A stretch of DNA of 63,711 nt, filler included, from Octopus bimaculoides (GCF_001194135.2; 3 parts of 3 records of this genome joined end to end with filler, not necessarily neighbours in it), one strand, 5' to 3'. Shown: positions 11,845 through 26,559, numbered from the whole stretch's first letter. Notes: generated from the letters alone by a model not told the origin. Program-made: numbers and translations.

Positions 11845-13060
11845 TCAGGTCATCCCATAAGTTCTGTCCGATTTTACTTTTTTTAAAACTGAATGTAATT
11901 TAATAGTATTTTATATTGCCTAATGGAATTAAAATTTATTTTTATGCATTTGTGTACATCTAAACTAATTAAATATTATTTTACAGAATAATAGAATTAA
12001 AATTTCTTTGATTAAAACCCTTTCTAACATGGAAGTATCCAAAGAGCATTTGAGACACATAATGCTTNNNNNNNNNNNNNNNNNNNNNNNNNNNNNNNNN
12101 NNNNNNNNNNNNNNNNNNNNNNNNNNNNNNNNNNNNNNNNNNNNNNNNNNNNNNNNNNNNNNNNNNNNNNNNNNNNNNNNNNNNNNNNNNNNNNNNNNNN
12201 NNNNNNNNNNNNNNNNNNNNNNNNNNNNNNNNNNNNNNNNNNNNNNNNNNNNNNNNNNNNNNNNNNNNNNNNNNNNNNNNNNNNNNNNNNNNNNNNNNNN
12301 NNNNNNNNNNNNNNNNNNNNNNNNNNNNNNNNNNNNNNNNNNNNNNNNNNNNNNNNNNNNNNNNNNNNNNNNNNNNNNNNNNNNNNNNNNNNNNNNNNNN
12401 NNNNNNNNNNNNNNNNNNNNNNNNNNNNNNNNNNNNNNNNNNNNNNNNNNNNNNNNNNNNNNNNNNNNNNNNNNNNNNNNNNNNNNNNNNNNNNNNNNNN
12501 NNNNNNNNNNNNNNNNNNNNNNNNNNNNNNNNNNNNNNNNNNNNNNNNNNNNNNNNNNNNNNNNNNNCCACCTAATGCAACAATCAATGCTCAAGTCTAC
12601 TGTCAGTAATTAGAGCGTTTGAACCAAGCTTTGAAGAAGAAAAAAAGACGCGCTTTAATGAATCAAAAATGAGTGATGTTTCATAAAGACAATGCGCGAA
12701 CCCACACTGCAAAGATCACATCACAGAAGATCGAAGAGCTTGGTTTGGAAAAAATTCCCCATCCACCTTATTCTTCCGACCTTGCTCCTTCAGACTACCA
12801 TTTGTTTCGTCGTTTACAGAATCATTTGGGGGACATAACTTTTACAAGCCAGGAGGAGGTCGAAACTGACATTTCAGAGTTCTTCGCTTTGAAACAAAAA
12901 AGAGTTTTACATTGATGGGATTAAAAAGCTTGTAAATAGATGGAAGGAAGTCATAGATAATCAGGGAAAGTATATTGATGATTAAATTTCAATTAAATAT
13001 AACATTTGATCACTTGTTTTCTTTATTCGTAATTCGGACAGAACTTATGGGATGACCTGA
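11845..13060 (+). mobile_element. mariner (DD34D) DNA transposon, defective
   Basis: Perfect 27-bp TIRs TCAGGTCATCCCATAAGTTCTGTCCGA at 11845-11871 and 13034-13060, with TA TSDs. Transposase starts MEVSKEHLRHIML (12029) and has HKDNARTH and HPPYSSDLAPSDYHLF motifs. It ends ~12985 with stops and frameshifts, and the middle lies in an N gap. Confidence 0.95.
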
Positions 13061-13085
13061 TACATTCCAGACATGACAATCCTAT

Positions 13086-13118
<33 letters not shown>

Positions 13119-13280
13119 CAGGAACTACATTATCCAATTTATTCTTAAGACGGTGGTGTGCGTGGTGCGAAAGAGATTTGTTTATTTCTAAAAGTTCAAC
13201 GTAATGTGATGTAGCGCAGTACACTGAGGTGTATTAGTCATTCCATGTTCTTTTTCCAGGTTGATAAGTTGACACTTGAA

Positions 13281-13476
13281 GGCGGGGAACTGGCAAAGTC
13301 GTTAGCACTCCGGACAAAATGCTTAGAGTCATTTAATCCGTCTTCACGTTCCGCTGAGGTCGACTTTGCCTTTCACCCTTCCGGGGTCGATAAATAAATA
13401 CCAGTTGCGTATCGGGGTCGATCTAATCGACTTAACCCTTCCCCAAAATTGCTGGACTTGTGCTAAATTTTAAATC
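13281..13476 (+). mobile_element. tRNA-derived SINE, family A
   Basis: Head GGCGG(C/G)GA(G/A)CTGGCA with an A-box-like motif and the shared body GTCGACTTTGCCTTTCA..GGGGTCGAT. Many copies in the window. Confidence 0.8.
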
Positions 13477-13497
13477 TATATTAAATTGACATTTGAA

Positions 13498-13660
13498 GGC
13501 GGCGAGCTGGCAGAATCGTTAGCATGCCGAGCAAAATGCTTAGAGGTATTTCGTCCGTCTTCACATTCTGAGTTCAAATTCTGCTGAAGTCGACTTTGCT
13601 TCTCATCCTTTCGGAGTAGATAAAAGAAGTACTGGTTGAACACTGAGATTAATGCTATAG
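13498..13660 (+). mobile_element. tRNA-derived SINE, family A (tandem with the previous copy)
   Basis: GGCGGCGAGCTGGCAGAATCGTTAGC head and B-box-like GAGTTCAAATTC. Confidence 0.8.
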
Positions 13661-14794
13661 AAGTTTGTCACAGAATTTATGTTAGCTATGATTGTAGATT
13701 TTGTTTCTCAAACTTTGCAATTGCATCGTTAATAATTATTACTACAGACCATGAAAGGGTTTTACATACGCGTATGCACAAAGATATTATCCTCAATAAG
13801 TGTTTTTTAGTGAATCCTAGTAACGACATTAGTTAAGATAAATTCTAGAAAAGTAGAACGTAACAGCACACTTCAACTTCAGCATTTTTTATTTAGTTCG
13901 TTTTAGCCGTCACGTCCTCAATTAAGCTAGAGTACAGATATTTGTCCTTCGAATGTTCTGCACTTTAGTACTTCTGTTGCAACATTTTTTCCCATTGTCA
14001 TAAGCTATGAGGCTTGAAGTGTCATCACAGTCGCAGACATATTATCAGTTACATAGTATCTCCGTCTCTAAGCTCATATCCTCTCGACGTCATCGTTGTT
14101 TTTCATCCCTCCTGGGTCGATAAAACAAATGTCAGTTAAGTGCACAATCTTCCTCCCAATTTCTAGCCTTGTGCCTATGTTAAAAACAACTATCTGCGTA
14201 GTGGATTTATTCCTACCACTTTTGGAAACAGCCGACACCATGAGAGGTGGCATTAGATAAATCGACCATTTGTTATTGTTGTGCTGATATTTTCAAAAAA
14301 CAATGGAAAAAAGCTCGCTACCAGCCGAAACTTCAGTCTTATTTTCAATTTGTTTGAAATGAATTCGTTTCATTAAATTAACAATCCACTTGAGGAGACA
14401 CACAAACATCACAGCGTATATCCGCCTTGCTCAAAATATAGATTTGAGGGCTAATTGAAAGGATCCAACATTTAAAATACATAAGAAAGCAACTTTGCAT
14501 AGCAAGGGGTAGGCTCCTGGCAAGCTTTGACCGTTACACGGTTTCTATTCCCAAGTGATACTTTTACATTTCATTTACACCGCTTACCTTCTACTCTACA
14601 GCACTCCACATGGTATTTGTTGACAACTTTTCCCGCCTTGTGAGGGTAATAATACCCAGATTTTCTGCTATTTTAACAGCGATACTGCGTTCGAAATATC
14701 ACTTTCTAGTCTGTATCGTACGATGCACATTCGACGCTGCTAAAAAACAATTGTAAGTTTATATACACACGTAGCTGTTAAATAATAATGTTTT

Positions 14795-14944
14795 GACAGA
14801 CACTCTCTGGAACAATACTCTGCACAAGACCAAAAATATGGCACCCTAGTCATAATACCGACTTGAACTTCTAACTTGTTGTCTCTTGAGGTCTCTAGAT
14901 GAGACTTGGAGTCAACTTGTACAAATACAAAGCAAAAGCCAAAC

Positions 14945-14990
<46 letters not shown>
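14795..14990 (+). mobile_element. Probable LINE 3' UTR fragment ending in (ATA)n
   Basis: Non-coding stretch that ends abruptly in an (ATA)n run, like the element at 1597-4056. Family assignment is from recall only. Confidence 0.35.
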
Positions 14991-16414
14991 GAAGAAGAAA
15001 TTGAACTAAATGACATGAAAGAAAATAGCGTGCAACACGCAATATAACATCAGCTAAAGTTTCTATAACGACGCTTTTCTTCATTTTTTTATTTCATTTC
15101 CCTGTCACAAAAAAATGTTCCAATGAAAAAGAGCAGAAAACAAGTTGTTTAAGGTGAATGCATTGATGCGAAATGTGTGTGTGTNNNNNNNNNNNNNNNN
15201 NNNNNNNNNNNNNNNNNNNNNNNNNNNNNNNNNNNNNNNNNNNNNNNNNNNNNNNNNNNNNNNNNNNNNNNNNNNNNNNNNNNNNNNNNNNNNNNNNNNN
15301 NNNNNNNNNNNNNNNNNNNNNNNNNNNNNNNNNNNNNNNNNNNNNNNNNNNNNNNNNNNNNNNNNNNNNNNNNNNNNNNNNNNNNNNNNNNNNNNNNNNN
15401 NNNNNNNNNNNNNNNNNNNNNNNNNNNNNNNNNNNNNNNNNNNNNNNNNNNNNNNNNNNNNNNNNNNNNNNNNNNNNNNNNNNNNNNNNNNNNNNNNNNN
15501 NNNNNNNNNNNNNNNNNNNNNNNNNNNNNNNNNNNNNNNNNNNNNNNNNNNNNNNNNNNNNNNNNNNNNNNNNNNNNNNNNNNNNNNNNNNNNNNNNNNN
15601 NNNNNNNNNNNNNNNNNNNNNNNNNNNNNNNNNNNNNNNNNNNNNNNNNNNNNNNNNNNNNNNNNNNNNNNNNNNNNNNNNNNNNNNNNNNNNNNNNNNN
15701 NNNNNNNNNNNNNNNNNNNNNNNNNNNNNNNNNNNNNNNNNNNNNNNNNNNNNNNNNNNNNNNNNNNNNNNNNNNNNNNNNNNNNNNNNNNNNNNNNNNN
15801 NNNNNNNNNNNNNNNNNNNNNNNNNNNNNNNNNNNNNNNNNNNNNNNNNNNNNNNNNNNNNNNNNNNNNNNNNNNNNNNNNNNNNNNNNNNNNNNNNNNN
15901 NNNNNNNNNNNNNNNNNNNNNNNNNNNNNNNNNNNNNNNNNNNNNNNNNNNNNNNNNNNNNNNNNNNNNNNNNNNNNNNNNNNNNNNNNNNNNNNNNNNN
16001 NNNNNNNNNNNNNNNNNNNNNNNNNNNNNNNNNNNNNNNNGCTGGTTGGCTGGCTGGCTCATTGTTTGATGGTCATTCCCAAACTTTTGATTTTGTTTTT
16101 TGCTTCAACAATATAGTAAAAAGGAAATCTGTTGCCATATTAGTTTGTTCAAATTGCTAATATTCCCATAACATAACTTTACTTCGTCAGTTGGTTTTAT
16201 TTATTTTTTTTTTTTGCTTTATTTTTTAATGTTGCTTTAATTTATTTTATAATTCTTTTATACTATTTGAAAGAGGGCCGTAGTAGCCGAGTCGATAAGA
16301 TGTCAGTGCAAGAAACAAGAGTTTGGATCTCGTCATATGTATTAGTCTTCGTAAATGGCTGAAACTTTTGTATACGTTCATCGCAATCTACCAACTACCT
16401 GTGAATCGATTTCA

Positions 16415-16600
16415 CATCATACGCCATCATATTATCACATCACACTTCATCACATCACACATTATCACAAATCATCGGATAACATTTCATTACATCATAT
16501 TACACATCACACATCGTCCTATTACGCATCATCACATCATCACGCATCATTGCATCTTCACACATTATCACATTATCACGTGTCATTTTCACATCACAGG
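16415..16600. repeat. Degenerate (CATCA/CACAT)-rich low-complexity repeat
   Basis: Seen directly. It produces the His-rich ORF artefacts. Confidence 0.8.
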
Positions 16601-16920
16601 TAAAGGGTAAAGTGTAAATGGCAAGGACCTCTTCGGTCACGAGTGACCAAGAAATTGCACCTAGAAAGTTCCCCTCCGAGGTACACTAGGCTGCCCTAAC
16701 CACTGGGCCATTGCGTCACCACACACACACACATATATGTATATATATATATATATATATATACACATGTCTGGAGAGATTAAATTATATATACATACAT
16801 ACATACATATATACACACACNNNNNNNNNNNNNNNNNNNNNNNNNNNNNNNNNNNNNNNNNNNNTTAATTAATTAANNNNNNNNNNNNNNNNNNNNNNNN
16901 NNNNNNNNNNNNNNNNNNNN

Positions 16921-17210
16921 TTCAAGCGAGTAATCCTTTTTCTCATCTTTCAATTTCCAAACTAAATTACTAAGCGCCGTACTATATTGCTTACTCCTAT
17001 CCCTAAAGGACGAGTAATGATTAGAAATTCGTTTCGAGACCTCAAGTGACGAAGCCCCAATATAACTCCAAATCTTCTTATCCGTTATAACATTACACCT
17101 ATAGACAATGTTTTTAGTTTTAGCATTTGCACTAAGGAATCTTATTCTATTAGGGTTATCTTCAGATATTTCTATTAGTTTATTACCAAAATTAGTGGTA
17201 TTATCCATAT
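16921..17210 (-). mobile_element. Penelope-like element GIY-YIG endonuclease fragment
   Basis: TKNIVYRCNV..SYIGASSLEVSKRISNH..STALSNLVWKLKD has the VY / YIG / R / H layout of PLE GIY-YIG domains. Cut off by a scaffold join. Confidence 0.82.
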
Positions 17211-17477
17211 CCTTTTGGTCTTGACTAACATCTCGACCAGAAATGGCTTCGTTTGTTAGGCTCCAATGGGGAATCTTAAGAATAGTGGACGCTGCAACCC
17301 GTTGTTCTTATGAAATAGTTACATAACATTAACATTACCATAATTAACAGCTTACGTATTTTAAAATTCGTCCTTCTGTTTTTAAATGGACCACCTCAAG
17401 TGAAGTCAATTTTTCTTAATCTACTGTAAATTATAAAAGTCATTCTTTGTTGACGTGTGCAATACATTCTAGATTGA

Positions 17478-17672
17478 TTTCAAATTTCGGCGCAAGGCGA
17501 GATTGTTTGGAGGAGCGGTGAATTACATTTCCCGCAGTACTTAGCTGGTATTTACTTTAACAATTTCGAAGAAGAAAATTGACCTTAGCGGAATGTTTGA
17601 TATCAGAATGTAAAGACGGACGAAATTCCGCTAATCGATTTTCCCTCTTGCTAACGATTCTGCCATATCGTA
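17478..17672 (-). mobile_element. Degenerate family A SINE
   Basis: Reverse complement matches the family A head and body with many substitutions. Confidence 0.65.
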
Positions 17673-20593
17673 AATACCCTTAAAATAATATTTTACATAA
17701 ATCATGATCGAGTGCTGAATCGATGCTGGCTTTAAGGGTACCGTGAAAGGCGTGGCTGGAGGCCCAACTATCCGAGTTCTTTTACAGAACTTAGAAAAAT
17801 TGAAGGATGTTGCAATCAGTGTGTGAATCTGATAGGGAAATATGTTGAATATGATCATAATTAACTGAACTTCCTGTTTTTTATTTTACCCAAGGCCAGG
17901 GAAATTTTCAGCACCCCCTCGTGTTCAAAAGTATATTTTGAAAAAAAAGACCTTCGCTTATTCTGCTTATTCGCTTATTCGACACTGATGGAATACTACA
18001 TATTAATGTAAATATGTTTGCAAAGATGGTCTAGTCAACGATAACCGAATCATAATGCTAAATAGGTACTTTCATAGATCTGAACATACGTCTGTCTGTC
18101 AATACTATATGACATGAGATACTTTATATGCAGAGATGTTCTGTGATTTGATTCAGATAAAATAAAAACCTATGATAATTATAGGTGAATCTCGATTCTT
18201 AGTATGTGCGTCGACATGTTGATTACGTTAAAAAAAAGTCCAACTATAATTTAATAACAGCATCCCCAACTACAAAACAACTGCTAGTGGTGTGATTAAA
18301 CTTATGTCTCCCTAATTCAATAAAAATATATACCGTCAAACATCGGTGTCAATTTAGTTGGTTGTTTCTGTTCACATCATTTTGTCATTGTGGGCAATCA
18401 TTATAAATGTACGTTTCTGTGTGTATTTGTGTGTGTGTGTCGCGTGTAATGGCAGTGGGTTATGAAGTCCATGGATCTTGCAAAATATGATGCCTTATTG
18501 AATTACTTCATTTTTTTAATGTTGAATCGTTCCTGTTAGTTTACCTAAAATTTCCGTTTAATCGAAGTTCTATCTATTGCTTGCATTCGCATCAGCTCAT
18601 CAAGAATAGATTCAATTTCACCCTTCGGCAAACTAATCTCGAACTTCTCGGAAAGGGACCTAATCACCGCCCTTCTCATTAAGCTGGGAAGAAGTATTCT
18701 AAATCCACCTATCTGAAAATGCTTTCATCCGTCATTCGTCAATAAAATCATTTATCACTAATTACTTAAGAGAAGAATAATCGATTATACCCAGTTTTTC
18801 ACTTTGTACCTAAGTCAGACAACATTATCATTATTGTTATTGTGTAGGAGAAAGCATCTTGTTTCGCTATATCTTTGAAGTGAACTGTTATATTCATTAT
18901 TGTAACGTCCACATAAAAGGAAGAAATGCGACGCCTTCGTATTTTTGCTTCGTATGATGTTCAATATAATCAATTTGCATTTATGTTATTCTAAACATAT
19001 CTAATACGTAGTCAGCAATATAACAGAGAAGATGGAAGAAAATGAAGCAAAATGAAAGGTTATCTTTACTGTGTAGTAACAACAAAAACTGCCATTCAGG
19101 AGTCTCTACACAGGGATAAGTTGTAGCAGACAAATTCTCGATCTTAGTTATTATCTCTAAACTTTTCCTTGAAGATAGCGTGATCAGCTCACGGTTCCTC
19201 CGGTGCTCCATGACCAAGAGGAAATTGAAAACAAAAGAATAATGTCCTCACGATGAGAACTAGCAATGCTTCAGAATGATTACAAGTAATATAGAGTGAG
19301 AATAGCCCGTTAATCTATGACAGTGTGTACAGAGTGATTAAATACATCGATCATTGTTTCCTATTATTTTGTTATCTTTGTTCGGTGAAATATACCCCAA
19401 AATTTATTTTTACTTGAAATTTAGGGTGATATGTTTATTAGACACTCTCTTTATTCTATTAAGTTATTTGTAGAGATAATACTTTAAAACCATTAATATC
19501 ATGGCCATATTATTGTCTCATGTATGCATAAATTAGATTTTGCCCAAACAGATCACCCGATTATGTACAGGCGCCACGGAATAAAATGGCCAACTTCAAC
19601 TAAAAAAGCGCAAAATATTCTCGCAGAACGAATCTAATCACTTAGTGCAATGCTATGAATTGTTTGTTTTCTAGAGTCAATGAGCAGATCAAACTATATC
19701 CGTTGCATTACTTCTAATAGCTAGGTAATTTTCCCGTTGAAATATCTTTTAACCATCTGTGTTTGAAATGTTCTAACCAAACATCATTTGTAGCAAGCTT
19801 AGCCATGATCTGTAACAAGTGGGTGTACCCGTTATTTTAGACCGTGTTCACATGATATTGATTCTCGATTGTTCAATAGTAAGGCACTTATAATCAAATA
19901 TCTCATTAGATGTACTTTCGGTTATATATATATTTAACAAAGATATTTTCATTCAACACATACGCTACACTTAGTTATACATAACTTACTCGTTGTGGAC
20001 ATACTTTTGTTGATATCACAATAATATAAGACACTCAATGTAACCAGCATCAGCATAGTTATTTCATTGATTAATCTGTTTTAAGCCTTAGTCAGAGAGG
20101 GAGGTCCGTGTGCAATATCATTTTCAGGGCTCCGATTCTGGTTGGTTGGAAACAGATGCAATAGCCATGACACAATATTATGACTCATAAAATCCAAATG
20201 CAGAGCGATATAGTGCGACATGGCGTATCTTCAAATCTGAGGCCGAGTTCAGATGCAATAGGCAGGCCTACACTGAACGCACAAAATATTCCAGCCGATA
20301 AAAATAAACTGCGATATGCTTCACGTCTATCCACAAGTACTTTATTTTAAATATCGGTCGATCCGATACCCTACCACGTAACATAAAATTTCTATAAAAT
20401 TATGTTAACAACGCCTGATTTCACTAACGACTACAATAGTATAAACTTGGCCAATGTACCGGAGAATAGAGTTAAATCAAAAGAATGAAATCATGAAGTT
20501 TATTTGTTCAGTAGTTTGTCTATGTCTTATCTGTTCTAGAAATGTCGACATAGTTTGATGCATATACAATAATATGCATTAATATCTTTATTA

Positions 20594-20818
20594 CCCACAA
20601 GGGGTGGGGGGTAAATTTAGAGGGGACAAACAAGGACAGACAAAGGGATTAAGTCGATTAGATCAACCACAGTGCGTAACGGGTACTTATTTAATCGACC
20701 CCAAAAGGATGAAACGCAAAGTTGACCTCGGTGGAATTTCAACTCAGAACCTAACGGCAGACGAAATGCCGCTAAGTATTTCGCGCGGCGTGCTAACGTT
20801 TCTGCCAGCTCGCCGCCT
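20594..20818 (-). mobile_element. Family A SINE, long-tail variant (monomer)
   Basis: Complete head GGCGGCGAGCTGGCAGAAACGTTAGCACG, then a tail TAATCCCTTTGTCTGTCCTTGTTTGTCCCC..GTGGGTAATAAAG. Confidence 0.85.
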
Positions 20819-20966
20819 TACAATAATATGTATCATATACACTAACATAAAATAATAATATATGCTAGTGGACCCGTGAAAGTTTCACGGAGAATATTAA
20901 AAATGTAAGCATCTGTAAATTGTGTGCTGGTGCCATGAGAAATGTTTCTATATTGTGACAGTTAAA

Positions 20967-21180
20967 GGCAGTGAGCTGCAAAAGTCATTAGCACGCCGAG
21001 CGAAATGCTTAGCGGTGTTTCGTCTGACTTTACGTTGATTTCAAATTCTGTCGAGATCGATTTTCCTTTCCATCCTTTCGGGGTCGATAAATTAAGTACC
21101 AGTTGCATACTGGGGTCAATCTAATTCACTGGCCCTCTCCCCACAAAAACAATCAGGACTTGTGCCTATAGTAGAAAAGT
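20967..21180 (+). mobile_element. Family A SINE
   Basis: Homologous to the other family A copies over its full length. Confidence 0.82.
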
Positions 21181-21344
21181 ATATTGCGACAGTTACAGAA
21201 TATAGAAAGAAGGATAAAACCGATACTATATAATCAAACCAAAATATCTGTTACGCAAACGTAAACAGAATTATTATTTAGCCTTAAAATACGTCGTACA
21301 TAATCAGAGAACCCTCTTGGTTTAGTCGTACGGAACGTTTTTCT

Positions 21345-21555
21345 CGTATTCTTTTATTCTTTTACTTGTTTCAGGCGTTTGATGGTGGCCATGGTGGAGC
21401 ACCACCCTTTAGTCGAAGAAATTGACCCCTGGACTTATTCCCTGTAAGCCTGATGCTTATTATATCAGTCCCTTCTGCTGAATAGCTAAATTACAGGGAC
21501 GTAAACACACCAACATCGGTTGTCAAGTAATGTTGGTAGGGGGCAAACACAGACA
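21345..21555 (-). mobile_element. 3' half of family B SINE
   Basis: Reverse complement of the GGTGCTCCA.CATGGCC..AAACAAGTAAAAGAATAAAAGAA tail also seen at 46720 and 49110. Confidence 0.7.
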
Positions 21556-24500
21556 CATTCATATATGTGTGTGTGTGTGTATGTGTGTGTCTTTTAGTTT
21601 TTGTTTACTTATACACATCAACAAATGAGCCAATTAGACAACTCTGTGTGGTTGTTCAATCTGTTAGAAATAACAGCCAAATCTCTCTCATACTATCCTC
21701 TTGTTAGTATTAAGGAAAGGGAAAATAGAATTAATATTTTTGATTTTCTATGGATTTAATATTTTTTTTAATGCTTTCATTCATTACTTGGGACATGAAA
21801 AAAGAAATTGGAAAATCCTGACGAAAAGATGATATTGTAGATTAAAACTATAGAAAGAGAAAGCAAAGGATAAGACTTAACACGTTATCTGGTGAAAGGC
21901 CGAATTCGAATGGGTAGAAGACGTAAAGCAAACATGTTTGTGTGTGTGTAGTTGGGCCTTTAATAGCCAGGGGTCAATCTCAGTTCAATCGTAGAAAGGG
22001 ATTCAAAAGAATTCAGCCACTCTCTCTCGTTGTCTCTCTTTCTTTCTCACTTCCCTCTCCTTTAATCGACACACTCGTCAAATTTAATATCTTAATTTTC
22101 CTGTAAAGGTTGTTGCTGTTTTGGTGGTCCAGTAGGCATGGGTGTTGAGTTGTAGTCATACAACGCGTAGATTGTGGTTTCAAATCTCTTCCAGTAAAAA
22201 TCTAGTTATTTTTTTTATTTAAGCAAGAAAATTTCTTTCAACAAATCCTTTCTCTTAAGCTTGACTCGCTCATCAGGTATGTACAAAAAAAGAAATAGGC
22301 GTGTTAATATCATTGATGAAGAATGTTTTATGATGCTTAATGTTTGTGTTATCTCTCAAGCTACTGCTATCTAGCACCTTCGGATGAACTGTACTCAACC
22401 GCTACACAACTGCTACTCGACTGCTACTCAACACACTACCACGGCCAGACTACCTCTATTTATATGTCTTGGGAGATCCTACTTCTTCGCCTGGGGGCGT
22501 CGACACAACAGTTTGACAGAGTCGCTTAAGCATCAGAAAGACTATTTTACTCCGACTCTGAGTTCAAATCATTTAGATGTCAACTATTACTTCAATTCTT
22601 CTGAATAGCGATGTCAATGTAACATTTAGTCCTGTTAATACATGCCTTTAGTTGAGATCATCATAAAAAGTTTCTAAACTTTCGACGAGCACACAGAAAG
22701 CTATAAATAATAGCATGAAAATATTGGGTAGAAAAACCTATTTTGGATAGGAAATGTCGAAGGTTGACCAGGGGCTCGAACACACATCTGTACACATGAC
22801 AGGTCATATACCAGTGTACTAAAACAACCATTCGAATTTCTCTAACCATTTTAGGAACTTTATTCTTACCACTGATTATACCGTATTGTTGACGTCATAA
22901 AGGCCTATAAATTTACACAAGCTATTATTTATTGCTTTATGAGGATGCTTCGAGACACTTCTGAACATAATCTTGTCTAGTTATTTGCTGAATATCAGGA
23001 ATATGATAACCACGGTAGACAGGGAATAAGGTGTAGTTGATCTATCAATAAAAACAAGACGTTGGGGGAAATTTTCATAGTATTGTATGTCTGGAGAGAA
23101 ATGATTTAATACAAGGTTATTAATCTAAATATGTTAGGAATTGTTTACAGAAAGGAAGGCAAAAGTGTATGGCAGCACGGAACTGTTACAGTTGCAATAC
23201 AAAAAGGAAGAACTGTGAATGTGTGCGGATGTCATTGAAGGTGTTAGCGAGGGAATCTTCAGTAATTAGACAGGCATATATATTTTTTCATCTATATTTC
23301 CATTTCAAAACCACATTCGTAACATTAATCAAATGAATATTTCAGACAATTTTACTGATGACATTGCAACTTTGAATAGAGAATAACGATAGACGGGGAG
23401 AATGTAACACATATATCTATATTTGAATGAAGCTATTCAATGAAATCATATTTGAATATTTGTAAAACTTATATTTACTTATTTCATTAAACCTACTTTC
23501 TAAATTGTACAACACTCTAATCATATTTTCAAAATATCCACAGATTAAACTGTTATAATTTTCCATATTCTTCAGCATCAAAAGCGATGTTTTCTTATCA
23601 AATCTTACTTCTCTAAATCGCATATTTTGTTTGTTTATAACAGAACAAAATGTTAAAGTAAGCATGCATTACGAATTATCAAGAATCAAAACGTATTCGC
23701 ACAGTTTCATTAAGATTGAAATTTATAGTTTTATCATAAAGTTTTGCAATGTTTGTAGCAAGTAAAATTGTATCATGTGAAATTTGTATGAATTACGCAA
23801 TGTATAGTTTTAGTTCATGATAGTCATTAAGCCCCAAGAAGGTCCTTAGTGAGCAGATATATTATCAATTACATTGCACGTGTCATCAAATCTTAGTACA
23901 TTAATTCAATACTTCCAGGAATAAAGCATATGACTGTATGATCCAACGGATCCTTTCGTTATTTCCTGTCACTGGAATGTCATATGAGAAACGTTTGTCT
24001 TTGTTTTTTAGTGCAGGAGGATTTTCGATACAGAACTTCTTATTTTTGTGATACAGTATACATTCTTCAGAAGAGCACAAAATATTGATATTTTACTATT
24101 ATATCTCTGACAAAGGCATCGTTTACGTAGTCTCACAGATAAGTTGCAGTTAATTGAATACATTACATATCAAAATGAATTCATTGCATTTCGTTGAATG
24201 GACTTAGAGTGAAGTATTAGTGGGAAAAATAATTATATTTATTAATGGTTGTAATTATTAATTTTTAATTTAATAAGCATGTATACTCGAGAAAATTAGT
24301 CATATAACGTATTTATTGTACAATACAACTGACTTGTTGAAAATGTTTAATATTACAAGTATTTGCTTCACTAAATGAGGGGTAAACAGTAATTAATTTC
24401 GTAACTGACGTATTTCTTTAGTAAGTTAAAATTTTGTCGTAATTTTACAATGCATTTTATCTATAGCGTTAGGGTATAAACGTATAAAACATGCACAGGC

Positions 24501-26559
24501 GAATTATCCGAATGTTTAGAGCTTATGGCTACCACTGGTCTAAATCGAAGTTCTGTAAAGGCCAGCAATGCCTTTCGTCTCTGCGGAATCTAAAAAAATA
24601 AGGAACCAATACAGGGCGGTTGATTAACAGACTTGATAATGCGTCGGCGGGTGCTTGCGGAATTTACATAGCATCTGGGTTATGAATTCATGTACTTTTG
24701 TCCTCATGCGTTGCATCCTTTAACACACCGACATCTGTTATTTGTGTAGATCTCTTGGAGTACACTCTGTTGTAAGCAGTCGGATAAGTTCTTAGTGTTT
24801 AGAATACTTCCTCTCTTTCTCCTCATTCTCAATATCCTCGACTGAAAGATCACAGTATCACTCTTCACTACTTGACTGTAAAACAAAGTAACGCGTTTCT
24901 TCAATGTCACCATTCAAAATCCTATCTCTCATCACATAATTAAATGCTGTTCATCCTTAGGAGCTTTCATAAAACAAATTGAATTATTAAGGAATATTAT
25001 ATTACAAAATAAATCCTAGCAATTAACTATGCTGATATCATTGTTTATATATGTGTCACTGAACTTTTATAAAATACTAGACTGTGAAGACATTAGTCAA
25101 AGGAGGAAGTTTTAGATAATGCTATTCATTAGACTAAATATAAGTAACTCAATGCTGAAATAGAAGAAATGTCCAACAGTAATTGCAATACGAAGCAAGT
25201 GATATATCAATTTAAATTGGTGAAATGTAATACGTCACTTTGAATATGAGAACTGTAACATATCATCTGAAGTTATAAATTTGTAGTAAAATAATATATT
25301 GTTAAATGTATATATAAGTTATAAAGTATTGGTGTATATTCAGAGACTTCCGCCATCATGATATGAAAGCATCCATCGACGATTGACAATTACAAGTCGG
25401 ATGGGGTATGAGTGCGTTATAGTAGGAAATTTTTCTCAACGCCATTACCGATGTACGTGAAACAACTGGTATTAAGCTGATTTGATATATGACAGGTTAA
25501 TAATTCAAATGTGATAGGAAACTTTAAATGCTAGAAATCTAATAGGGTATATCATATACTATTAATTATTTCCTTGCTTGGTCTAAAGGAGGAAATGTCA
25601 CGTCGATGTTGTTTTGCAGGTACAATGAGTACGCGGGAGTAAAATACACAGAAGAAACGATGAGTTACACAAAAGACATAAAAGGGTATAAAAGATAAGA
25701 CATTAAAGTCTAAAACTAGATTAGATCATACTGGAGACTTGGTTACTGCCTCAAGTACGATGAGTACTACAGGTGCAATAAAGCATGTAAATTACTAGGG
25801 TTGGGAATCACACAGAACAATTTTCATACATGAATCAAATCGACCTCTTGAAATGGTAAATTCATAAACTGATAGTAATACCTTACATACTAGACACAAT
25901 GATACACCTAAGATATTAAAAGTGCCAAGAAGTAACGGGAAATATCAGATATTGATTAGAAGTACGTAAAAAAAATTAAAATTGCGATGTATAAGGTTCA
26001 TCAATACAAATCAGAAAATTAAATGTACATTGTATTCTTGAAATAAGTATAAAATATGGAATCAATTACCTGAATTACAACAAATTTATTACAAGCTAAT
26101 TAAATATTAGAAAGTAAATATAGTACGTTATTCACCAGAAACAGTGCATTTACATATTCGGAGAAATGAATAAATTTTTCTCGTTACTAATAATGCAATA
26201 TCACAATACAAATAAGGAAAATGCTGTATAATACATTCACTACACGATAACCAATATAGATGTTGAAGTAAATGAGATATTAAAGACGATATTTCATATA
26301 AAAGAAGTAACATAACAGTGTTATACAGGACTTGCTATAACTGAAATGTACACGCTAGAAAATTAATATAGCAATTTATTTATTATGCATGTGTTGTATC
26401 CAAATTTAATACCCGTTTATCAAAGAAAATTAATAATTTGTAAATGACTCATGCTGTATCCTTCTAATGTTGTCTTCATCTTGCTATACATAACAATGGC
26501 GGCGCGCTGACAGAATTGTTAGCACGCCGGGTGAAGGAATTGACTTCAGTCCACTTTTT

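Noticed and set aside
16821-16920. TTAATTAATTAA island within Ns (also 45650-45661)
   Set aside because: Both are exactly 44 N + 12 nt + 44 N = 100 nt. This is an all-frame-stop scaffolding spacer, not biology.
18530-18720. 56-codon open stretch on the minus strand, and a weak Penelope-like LELLGKGPN on the plus strand
   Set aside because: Too short and ambiguous to assign.
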